Origin: a virus | Lineage: Duplodnaviria; Heunggongvirae; Uroviricota; Caudoviricetes | Virus record (IMG/VR): IMGVR_UViG_2915331061_000005 | Length of the DNA stretch: 58,002 nt | Strand: one strand, 5' to 3' | Shown: piece after piece, positions 18,146 through 25,703 of the stretch | Layout: every line of letters starts with the position of its first letter | Numbering within the stretch: position 1 is the first letter of the stretch | The notes under the pieces: model-generated | Databases searched by the model: none | What the model saw: the letters and a program-made list of their open reading frames with translations, nothing else | Told to the model about the DNA's origin: nothing | Position numbers and translations under genes: made by a program

Positions 18146-18271
18146 TCACTTGTTGTCCTCCGCCAGCAGGGCTTTCACCTTTTTCTGCAAGCTCTTGGGC
18201 ACCTGTGCCAGAGTTTTCTTGCCTTTGCGAATCAGGTCTGCGTAGACCGTTGCCATGTAGTCAGTGCTCAT
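18146..18271 (-). CDS. Small phage protein (CD1375/XkdX-like paralogue), 41 aa
   Basis: MSTDYMATVYADLIRKGKKTLAQVPKSLQKKVKALLAEDNK; shares VYA-x-LI-x-KG-x-KT-x2-QVP with its neighbour. Not in the ORF track. Confidence 0.75.
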   Translation of the reverse strand: MSTDYMATVYADLIRKGKKTLAQVPKSLQKKVKALLAEDNK

Positions 18272-18287
18272 AGTTCACACCCCCTGC

Positions 18288-18674
18288 TCATTCCGTGGCG
18301 GTGCTGGTCACGCTCAGCACCTGTTCGTACACATCACAAAGCGCCATCTGGGTGCTAGTGAGTTGGTCTGCCATGGTGGCGTTCTGGTTTTCCAGTTCCT
18401 TCACCCGGTCTTCCAGCTTCTTTTCTTCCGGCACCGGGACGGGTGTAGGCGGCGCATAGTCCCACCATTTGTCAAAGTCCGTCTGAACTTCCTCGGCGGT
18501 CAGCACACCATCCACACGCTGCTGGCGTTCGTCGCAGGCGTAGACGGTATACTTCTTGCCTTCGTCATCGGTCTGTTCCTGCCTTTTGATATCCTTCCGC
18601 AGGATCATGTCCGTTTTGCTGCCAACGCGAAACACCTCAACGGCGGCCGGCAGGAAGGGATAAATCTCACTCAT
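18288..18674 (-). CDS. Phage tail-associated protein (XkdW-like coiled-coil C-terminus), 128 aa
   Basis: ATG overlaps the RT stop (ATGA); ends LEDRVKELE...QLTSTQMALCDVYE, a pattern seen before CD1375/XkdX-type genes. Confidence 0.65.
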   Translation of the reverse strand: MSEIYPFLPAAVEVFRVGSKTDMILRKDIKRQEQTDDEGKKYTVYACDERQQRVDGVLTAEEVQTDFDKWWDYAPPTPVPVPEEKKLEDRVKELENQNATMADQLTSTQMALCDVYEQVLSVTSTATE

Positions 18675-19909
18675 GCTGCTTTCCTCCTGTTGTTCTGGAT
18701 CATCGACCATCGGGCAACGCTCCACCGCGCCGCCTTCATGATCGTTTCGACCTGATATTTTTCTTCAAGGTTTGCGCTATCGCTGTTTGTAAACCAGCCG
18801 TTGTATGCGGTCAGCTTTGATGCACGCCAATGCGGAACATAGCCCAGCATTGCAAGGTTACGCCCTGCGCGGATCAGCTGCCGCCTGATGCGGCGGAACA
18901 CACCTTTGCGGACGATGGTATATGTGCGGCGCACCGCAAATCCCATCATATCCAGCGCTGGTGTACGGTGTTTGCTTCCCTGCGCTCTAGCGGCTTTCGC
19001 ACGCTTTTCTTCCTCGAAGGATGCAAAGCGCACCTGCTGCCATGCCTGCTTTAGCTCTAAGCCCAGTGTGGACTTTACCCAGTGGGTCGCCTTTTTCATC
19101 GCTTTCATCAGCTGTGATGCGTGCCCGATGATTACAAAATCATCCGCATAGCAGACGATCTCACGGACAAGCCGTGTCCCCGTGCCGCGCCGGACCTGCT
19201 TTAGGGATAGCAGGTATCGGAGAACATAGCTCATAACGTAGTTGAAAGCCCACGTTGAGAAATACCCGCCGATTAACAGCACGCCGTCCGGGTAGTTTTC
19301 GGTCACAGCACTGGCATACCAGATCAGCTTTTTGTTCTTTCTGATGTCCCGTTTCAAAAGCGTTATCACGCAGGCTATCGTTGTAGACGGATATGCTTTG
19401 TGCACATCGCCCTTGACTGCATCCAGTTTGCCAAGGATTTTCTTTCGGACGATCCGCTCAATCTGCCGCGTTCCTGCCACCTGTCCTTTGCCCGGGATGC
19501 TCCCGAACTGCATCGGCAGCAGCTTTGCATGGAGCAGCGGTTGCAGTGCATGGACAAGGATGTACTCATGTACCTGCTGTTCCGGCGATTCCTGGCAAAG
19601 GTCCCGTTCCTTCATTTTGATCCCATCAATGCGTTTGAATTGCCGGACTGGTTTCAGGTCAAGGCATTCGTCCCTGATCTTCTGTGTTTCCTGTTCGGCC
19701 ACTGCGTCAATGGCATCAACGATCTTCCTGCACTCGTGGTTCTTTCGTTCATGAAACAGCTCCGGTTCAGAGATTTTTCCGGTCTTTGTTAGAACCGTTC
19801 TAAAATCCCTGCGCCGGAGTTTTCCGTTTCCAAACGCACAATGTACCGCTGACAGGTTGAAACCGACATCCTCAATGTCAACGTCTTTTGGTTTACAAAA
19901 TGTTTTCAT
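18671..19909 (-). CDS. DGR reverse transcriptase, 412 aa
   Basis: YADD catalytic motif, GSIPGKG, KGDVHKAYPS, IGGYFS motif-4 variant, LDMMGF; no endonuclease domain; adjacent TR/VR pair. Confidence 0.95.
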   Translation of the reverse strand: MKTFCKPKDVDIEDVGFNLSAVHCAFGNGKLRRRDFRTVLTKTGKISEPELFHERKNHECRKIVDAIDAVAEQETQKIRDECLDLKPVRQFKRIDGIKMKERDLCQESPEQQVHEYILVHALQPLLHAKLLPMQFGSIPGKGQVAGTRQIERIVRKKILGKLDAVKGDVHKAYPSTTIACVITLLKRDIRKNKKLIWYASAVTENYPDGVLLIGGYFSTWAFNYVMSYVLRYLLSLKQVRRGTGTRLVREIVCYADDFVIIGHASQLMKAMKKATHWVKSTLGLELKQAWQQVRFASFEEEKRAKAARAQGSKHRTPALDMMGFAVRRTYTIVRKGVFRRIRRQLIRAGRNLAMLGYVPHWRASKLTAYNGWFTNSDSANLEEKYQVETIMKAARWSVARWSMIQNNRRKAA

Positions 19910-20113
19910 ATAAAAATCATCTGGTTCTTCAACGACTTTCGGGTTCAGGCTTTTGCCCTATGCTACTAGCCGCCAGCAGGTTCCTTGTCCTGCCGCCACG
20001 GATGGACCCGCCCTTTCCTGCGGACGCAGCGCCGTGATGCTGGTTTCAAGAAATTTTCGCACATAAGCGCGGAATGCATGATGCAATGATTGATGATTTT
20101 TGGTGAACCAGTT

Positions 20114-20263
20114 GCACGCCAGCGCCGCCGTTCCAGTTCGCGTTACCGACCCAGTTGTTCGAGTTCGCCGCCGCCAAAGACGCATTGCCGCCGTTGTTCA
20201 AGTTGCAGCACCGCCAAGCCGCGCGGACACCGGACGCTGCCGGATTGACGTAGAAGCCAGCCT
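20114..20263 (-). repeat. DGR template repeat (TR)
   Basis: 150-bp match to 20369-20518; 11 AAY codons plus one TAC in the target frame. Confidence 0.97.
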
Positions 20264-20300
20264 GTGGACACCATGCATCCCAAATCCCGTTATCGTCAAA

Positions 20301-20340
20301 AGGGGCTGGCTGCCCCTCTTGCCCGGACGATGCCGGGCAA
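20301..20340 (-). promoter_or_regulatory. DGR target-recognition hairpin(s) downstream of VR
   Basis: ttgcccgg-acgatg-ccgggcaa (20319-20340, 8-bp GC-rich stem) and aggggc-tggct-gcccct (20301-20317), just after the target stop codon. Confidence 0.7.
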
Positions 20341-20351
20341 TTCACCCCGCT

Positions 20352-22091
20352 TTACCCAGCAAGGCCAGGCACGCCAGCGCCGCCGTGCCAGGACGCGTTA
20401 CCGACCCAGTTGTACGAGGTCGCCGCCGCCAAAGACGCATCGCCGCCGTCGAGCAAGTCGCAGCACCGCCAAGCCGCGCGGACACCGGACGCTGCCGGAA
20501 TGACGGAGAAGCCAGCCTTAACGCCGGTGCCGCTGCCCGCACGGGTAGACACGGCAGCAGGCCACAGCACCGCCGGGTCATTGCTGATTGCCGTATCTTC
20601 GATATACTGCCATGCGTTGGCTGTGCCTTCCGGGAAGGTCAGCGTCAGGTCTTCCTGCTTCGTGTAGTCAGCAGAGATAGAACCATCGGTCGTCACCTTC
20701 GTCTGATCGTGGCAGGTGTAGATGTCAAAGGTGTAATTGCCGTCGCCGTCCTTGCCCCACTGCCACAGTTCATCCGCCACGATCAGGTATGCGCCGTTCT
20801 GGAACTCCGTCTTCTGGATCAAGCCAGGTTCCTTGCCGTTGGTGTAGTTGGTGCGCGAGCCATCGTTGCCGCGCACGCTGTCGTTATAACCGCTGCCATA
20901 AGGCATAGTGGACAGCATCGTCTGCCCCTTGACCACATTCCAGGTATCGCCGGTATCAACGTAGACTGCTTTGTAGCCCGTTCCGTCCACGTTGATGTCT
21001 TCAATGCGGGTAATGCGGGCTTCGGTCTGGATGTCATGCATGGTGGCATCGTTACGGTCGGTCGTGCTCTTCGTGTGGGTGCCAATGGCAACGTAGGAAT
21101 CAATAAGCAGGTTTGCGGCCTGCTCGGTCGTCACCGGGAAGTAGTTCACGCCCTCTGCATCAATGGCGGCAGTGTACTGGTAGCTGTAGGAAGTGCAGCC
21201 CTCAATGGTGCCGCTGTTGCCCTTGCGTGCATACTTCAGCTGGATCATGCGCTCCTGCCATTTCAGCAGGTTGCCGGATGCACCGGCGTACTGGTTGCCA
21301 CGAGCACGCCACAGCTGCACCAGCTGGGTGTGGCTCTTGTAGTTCACCGGTGCCAAACCCGTGTGACCGCCGATCTTGCCGTCATCCTGCATACCGGCGA
21401 AATACTTCGGGTTTGCAATGTACGGATAGGTCTTGCCGGTACGGTCGGTGCCCTGCGGCCACTGCTCGTAACCGCCGGACGGGTGGCAGCGCATACGCAG
21501 GATGCGGTAGCCGCCCTCGTTGCGCTCACGCACATAGGTATTCTTCTGCAACACCCAGACCAGATGATTGGTGCTGCGCACAAAGTCGTCATCGTCGATG
21601 TACTGACAAGCGTAGATCGTGTGGCTGCCGTCCTCGTTCTTTTCTGCCGCCACTTCCACGCACCAGAACTGCGGCAGACCGGCAAAATCATCCTTGCCGG
21701 ATTCTGCGGCGGTGGACGGGGTGCAGGACAGGCCCACGCTGTCGTCGGTCAGCTCACCGATTGCGGTGTTGGATGTGCTGAACAGCGGGAACTTTACGCC
21801 ATGCACGCGGCTGTCGTCCAGCACATTGCCGAACCAACGTTCCAGCATCCGGTTATAGGTGCTGGTGTTCGGATTCCAGTTCGCCGTCCACCAGTCTACG
21901 AACAGCACGTTCATTTCCCGTGCCGTGGTCACTTTCTGAGCCAGCGCGTTATAGTACCGGTCGATGGTATCTTCATTGCCGGTTGCCAGAACGGCGGTAC
22001 GACCATCGCCCGCCGCCGCCATAGTGGTACCGGACACCGCAGCAAAAATCTGCTGCAAGGATTCATCGGATGCCATGTGAGTTCTTGCCAT
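20352..22091 (-). CDS. DGR target protein, putative receptor-binding protein with C-terminal C-type-lectin-like fold, 579 aa
   Basis: VR occupies the last ~55 codons; located in the tail module. Confidence 0.9.
   Translation of the reverse strand: MARTHMASDESLQQIFAAVSGTTMAAAGDGRTAVLATGNEDTIDRYYNALAQKVTTAREMNVLFVDWWTANWNPNTSTYNRMLERWFGNVLDDSRVHGVKFPLFSTSNTAIGELTDDSVGLSCTPSTAAESGKDDFAGLPQFWCVEVAAEKNEDGSHTIYACQYIDDDDFVRSTNHLVWVLQKNTYVRERNEGGYRILRMRCHPSGGYEQWPQGTDRTGKTYPYIANPKYFAGMQDDGKIGGHTGLAPVNYKSHTQLVQLWRARGNQYAGASGNLLKWQERMIQLKYARKGNSGTIEGCTSYSYQYTAAIDAEGVNYFPVTTEQAANLLIDSYVAIGTHTKSTTDRNDATMHDIQTEARITRIEDINVDGTGYKAVYVDTGDTWNVVKGQTMLSTMPYGSGYNDSVRGNDGSRTNYTNGKEPGLIQKTEFQNGAYLIVADELWQWGKDGDGNYTFDIYTCHDQTKVTTDGSISADYTKQEDLTLTFPEGTANAWQYIEDTAISNDPAVLWPAAVSTRAGSGTGVKAGFSVIPAASGVRAAWRCCDLLDGGDASLAAATSYNWVGNASWHGGAGVPGLAG
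20369..20518 (-). repeat. DGR variable repeat (VR)
   Basis: Differs from TR at 12 positions, all TR adenines on the coding strand; encodes the target C-terminus. Confidence 0.97.
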
Positions 22092-22093
22092 GT

Positions 22094-22336
22094 TTAGTCC
22101 TCCTGTCCATCATCAAAGGTCAAGCGACCGGCTTCGTCATAAAAGAAGTACGGAAGCCCTTCCAGTTTTTCCAGTCTTTTTCCGGTGGCTGCCGCATCGG
22201 CGGCAGAGCCTTCCTTTTTCAGTGTCTTATCCGGCAGCAGTTCCTTTGCCCAGTTCGGCACGTCTTCGTCGATCAGCTTATAGGTGGTGCCGTCAATGAC
22301 AAGGTAGGTGGCTCTTACGATTTTTACGTTTGCCAT
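22094..22336 (-). CDS. Small tail-fibre-associated protein, 80 aa
   Basis: Contains KTLKKEGSAADAAATG, a motif common in fibre N-terminal segments; tightly packed in the operon. Confidence 0.6.
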   Translation of the reverse strand: MANVKIVRATYLVIDGTTYKLIDEDVPNWAKELLPDKTLKKEGSAADAAATGKRLEKLEGLPYFFYDEAGRLTFDDGQED

Positions 22337-22584
22337 TCCGTCTTACCTCCCAGAGAGAGCGTCACCACGCCGCGCCCATCGTCCGAAGCGGTCAGCTTCA
22401 AAGCGTTCAGGTTTGCTTTGATGCCCGGCACCTGCAAGGTTTCGCCCACCACTTTTGCGATCTGTGCCGGGGTTGCGCGGTAGAGATCGTTCTTTCCGTC
22501 TGCTCGTTTCCGAACCACGATTACATAGTCCGCGCTTTCAAACGCTTCTGCCAGGGCTTTGTCTGCCAGACTTACCATGCCCAT
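22324..22584 (-). CDS. Hypothetical protein, 86 aa
   Basis: Overlaps both neighbours in operon fashion. Confidence 0.6.
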   Translation of the reverse strand: MGMVSLADKALAEAFESADYVIVVRKRADGKNDLYRATPAQIAKVVGETLQVPGIKANLNALKLTASDDGRGVVTLSLGGKTEWQT

Positions 22585-23900
22585 TTCTCTGCCGCCTCCT
22601 TCTCAATGGCTTTCAGCTCTGCGGCTTCATCCTCACCAATCAGACGCGCCACTTCCTCGTAGGGGAGATTCACCTTCTTCGGTGCGGTATCTCCCAGAGC
22701 TATACTGCGCATATTGCAGTACCAGCACACAGCCAGCACACGCGCCTTGTGAACTTTGCAGATTCCGGTATACCTACGGTTTGCAGTTCCGAACATTTCA
22801 TAGTTCAAACCACTGCACCAGCCGCACCCGGAAGATACCGGGCAATGGATGCACTCTTCCGTGGACTGTGATTTCATGGTGATTGCATCCAGTTCTTCCT
22901 TCACCTGCCGTTGCTGATCCGTGGCATACAGACCGCCCTCCTGCACATTGCCCAGACACACCCGATCCGCCTTCTCTTTGCCAATAGAGATAGGCGCATA
23001 CCTGATGCAGGGATACGCGGACCCGTCCGGGGCAAAACTCAGCATTGCGCCGGTTCCGCCGCAGAAGTTTCGGTCGTTCTGTTCTGCATCGCCGATCTGT
23101 TCATCCAGCATAGCAATCGCCACGTCCCAGCCGTTCTTGATAACGTACTGCGAAACCTCTTTCAGCTGCTTGTACAGTGCCTTGCCGTCCTCGTCCGTGT
23201 ACATCGGCTCGTAGGCGCAGTTCCCGGCAATGTGCCTGCACCCGGCATCCAGCATCATTTTCATACTGGATGCAATGTACTGGATGGAACCGGGCACGAA
23301 GGTCATTTTGCTGTTGAGCCAGCCATACTTCCGCTTGCCGTCCTGGAATGCTGCCCACGCGGTAGAAAAGCTACCGTTTCCGTCTTCGTCGATGCGGTAA
23401 CGGTCGTGCAGCTCTTGCACACCATCAATGGACACTGTAACCGACATAAGATTATGGTACTTTTCCAGCAGGTGCTGCGCCGCCGGGGAGAACCACAGTC
23501 GGCCATTCGTGGCGAAAGAAATGCGCGTGAACGGTCCCAGCGGGATTTCCCGCCGGTAGCACTCCGAAAACCAGTAGTCGCAGATATGCTCGATCAGTTC
23601 AGCTTCCAACAGCGGTTCCCCGCCGATGAAGTCCAGGATCAGGGCTTTGGTGTCCCGGTTCACAAAATCGGATGTGCCATCCTCATACAGATTCAGGATG
23701 TAGTCCACGATTTTCTTTCCGGTTTCCAACGTCATTTTTTCGGTAGACTTGTGGTGCTCATAGCAGTATGAGCACCGCAGGTTGCAGGCGTTTGTGATCT
23801 GGAACGTGACGTTTCGGCAGATGCTTCCACACTCCCGCCTGTCCCTGCCATATAAGCGCTGGACGGTATTCCCGTAGTCCTCATACTTTTTCGTTCTCAA
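22572..23900 (-). CDS. Radical SAM/SPASM peptide maturase (CXXX-repeat-target type), ~442 aa
   Basis: CNLRCSYC, FIGGEPLL, SIDG; SPASM FCGGTG...YPC...CIHCPVSSGCGWCSG...C. Likely TTG start at 23900 behind RBS GGAGG. Confidence 0.95.
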   Translation of the reverse strand: MRTKKYEDYGNTVQRLYGRDRRECGSICRNVTFQITNACNLRCSYCYEHHKSTEKMTLETGKKIVDYILNLYEDGTSDFVNRDTKALILDFIGGEPLLEAELIEHICDYWFSECYRREIPLGPFTRISFATNGRLWFSPAAQHLLEKYHNLMSVTVSIDGVQELHDRYRIDEDGNGSFSTAWAAFQDGKRKYGWLNSKMTFVPGSIQYIASSMKMMLDAGCRHIAGNCAYEPMYTDEDGKALYKQLKEVSQYVIKNGWDVAIAMLDEQIGDAEQNDRNFCGGTGAMLSFAPDGSAYPCIRYAPISIGKEKADRVCLGNVQEGGLYATDQQRQVKEELDAITMKSQSTEECIHCPVSSGCGWCSGLNYEMFGTANRRYTGICKVHKARVLAVCWYCNMRSIALGDTAPKKVNLPYEEVARLIGEDEAAELKAIEKEAAEKWAW

Positions 23901-24183
23901 CGGGGTGTACCTCCTCCCGTTCAAAGTCAAAGTGCACGATCAGGTTCGGGTTTTCTTCCGGGTCGATGTACCGCGCCAACACCTTGTCCTGCACCATCTT
24001 CAGCTTCATCTGCGCTTTCCGGCACAGTCCTGCGTAGTAGTGCAGCATATCAGCAATCATCGTATTCGCGCCAGCGTTCAGCTGACGTGACAGAATTGCC
24101 ATCAGCGCTTCATAGGACTGCGCTTCGTAGTATGCACGTTCCACCGCTTCACTTTCCTGTGTGGTGATCTTGATATTGTTCAT
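23881..24183 (-). CDS. Small accessory protein of the rSAM cassette, 100 aa
   Basis: MNNIKITTQE...; RBS AAGGAG; overlaps the rSAM start by 20 nt. Confidence 0.75.
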   Translation of the reverse strand: MNNIKITTQESEAVERAYYEAQSYEALMAILSRQLNAGANTMIADMLHYYAGLCRKAQMKLKMVQDKVLARYIDPEENPNLIVHFDFEREEVHPVENEKV

Positions 24184-24193
24184 GCCGTACTCC

Positions 24194-24769
24194 TTACTGT
24201 GCATCCCGTTTCGGCAGTTTGTCCGCCGCCTGACGGTATCTTGCACGGACCCGATTCATCTTGACCATGGCCGAAACCATATCGTGCATATCTTCTGTTT
24301 CGCTTAACCGCAGCAGTTCGATCAGCACAACAAGCAGGTTCCACATAGAGAAAAACTCCACATCGTCTTTGCATTCATACTGAGCCGCCTTGATGAACGG
24401 TGCAGGATCACACTCACCTCTTCGGACAGGGTGTGCCGCAAAGTTGAACGTCCTGGCTGCCAGACCAAAGCCCATCAGGTAAATCCGGTCTTCGTCCGCG
24501 TCTTCGTCGCAGGCTGTCACTACAGACTGTGCAACTGTGATGCAGTATGCGCACCACACATCGAACTTATCTTCCGTGTTCACCATGAACATACCGGCAC
24601 ATCCGATGCACCAGAAAACTTTCTCCATGCCGGGCGGTGTATCTGCAAGAAGTCCCTGCCAGTCCTCCGGGTTGACCGTTTCGTGGGTCTGGATTTTCAG
24701 CATCGGAAGATTTTTGGTATACGCCTTTTCGCTTCTTGCGTCGTTGTTCGGTTCAAATGCCACGTCCAT
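24194..24769 (-). CDS. Hypothetical protein with two CxxC motifs, 191 aa
   Basis: WCIGC and WCAYC; lies between the Cys-rich gene and the rSAM gene. Confidence 0.75.
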   Translation of the reverse strand: MDVAFEPNNDARSEKAYTKNLPMLKIQTHETVNPEDWQGLLADTPPGMEKVFWCIGCAGMFMVNTEDKFDVWCAYCITVAQSVVTACDEDADEDRIYLMGFGLAARTFNFAAHPVRRGECDPAPFIKAAQYECKDDVEFFSMWNLLVVLIELLRLSETEDMHDMVSAMVKMNRVRARYRQAADKLPKRDAQ

Positions 24770-24787
24770 TTTGTTCTCCCTTTCTCG

Positions 24788-25699
24788 TTACCACAGGAAT
24801 CCAGAGCAAGATGTACAGCCGCCAGAGCAGCTTCCAGAGCATCCGCTGCAACTGCTATCACAGTTGCTTGTGCAGGATGCGCCACAGTGAGAATTGCAGT
24901 CTCCTTCGCAGCTGTCAGAACAGCCGCTTTTACAGTTTGCAAAGCAGCCATTTCCTCTGCAACTGTCCTGGCAGCTGGACGCACAGTAGGAATCGCACCT
25001 ATCGTTGCACCGTCCCGTACAATCATCCGCGCAGGTAGCATCACAGCTACCGGAACAGCCGCCGGAACAGCCGTCACAGCCGCCTTTGCATCCTCCCTTG
25101 CAGCCCGTCTTGCAGCCATTGGTGCAGTCATTTGCACAGCTTGCCGTGCAGGTCGTGTTGCAGGTATTTGTGCAGTTTCCTAAACAGGTGTTGCTGCACG
25201 ACCCCTGACAAGTTCCCCTGCAAGTAGCCGTGCAGTCATTCGCACAATTTGCCCTGCAAGTTCCTACGCACCCTCCGCCACAGCTGCCGGTGCAGCTGGT
25301 ACAGGACGTGTTGCAGCCATTGGAGCAAAGCCCCGTGCATTGCCCGCTGCACCCGGTCGCCGTTGCAGTTTCCGGGATATTGCTCAGTGTGCTTACCGTT
25401 GCCGCCGCTTGCGCAAGCCCCGATGCTGCAACTTGGTCTCCCCGCGCCGGTGTCGTTGCACCGCCCTGAACGGCATCCACCAGACGGGTGATTTTCTGGA
25501 TGTGTTCTGCATCCACGCTCACGCCATCCGCCGGGGTCACATTGTACTGGTACGCCGTTCCCCTATATGCTGCCATGCTGCCAACGGACTGTCCCTGTGC
25601 GGTGCCTTCTGTCTTGCCGCGCCGACCGATCTCTGCGTCTATCAGGCTTTTCAGGGCAAGAAAATCTTCGTCGGAAATAAACTGTCCTCTCTCCGGCAT
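24788..25699 (-). CDS. CxxxC-repeat cysteine-rich protein, putative rSAM substrate, 303 aa
   Basis: Cys-free ~115-aa N-terminus followed by about 47 Cys, mostly spaced CxxxC with G/S/T/N/D/A spacers. Confidence 0.9.
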   Translation of the reverse strand: MPERGQFISDEDFLALKSLIDAEIGRRGKTEGTAQGQSVGSMAAYRGTAYQYNVTPADGVSVDAEHIQKITRLVDAVQGGATTPARGDQVAASGLAQAAATVSTLSNIPETATATGCSGQCTGLCSNGCNTSCTSCTGSCGGGCVGTCRANCANDCTATCRGTCQGSCSNTCLGNCTNTCNTTCTASCANDCTNGCKTGCKGGCKGGCDGCSGGCSGSCDATCADDCTGRCNDRCDSYCASSCQDSCRGNGCFANCKSGCSDSCEGDCNSHCGASCTSNCDSSCSGCSGSCSGGCTSCSGFLW

Positions 25700-25703
25700 C
25701 CTC

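Noticed and set aside
18288-18674. 128-aa gene as Avd
   Set aside because: Acidic, with a beta-rich N-terminus, Pro-rich linker and XkdW-like tail; Avd is a basic four-helix bundle. Kept only as a possible non-homologous helper.
18671-19909. RT as group II intron, retron or Abi RT
   Set aside because: No maturase/endonuclease domains or intron ends; the A-specific TR/VR pair identifies a DGR.
20046-20345. 99-aa Asn-rich ORF
   Set aside because: It is the TR read in the target frame; TR acts as RNA template and no clear RBS is present.
20100-22097. 665-aa plus-strand ORF with an internal repeat
   Set aside because: Antisense to the DGR target; its repeat is just TR/VR read backwards.
24788-25360. 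Cys-rich region as a DNA tandem repeat or CRISPR
   Set aside because: Periodicity is at protein level (CxxxC); spacer codons vary.
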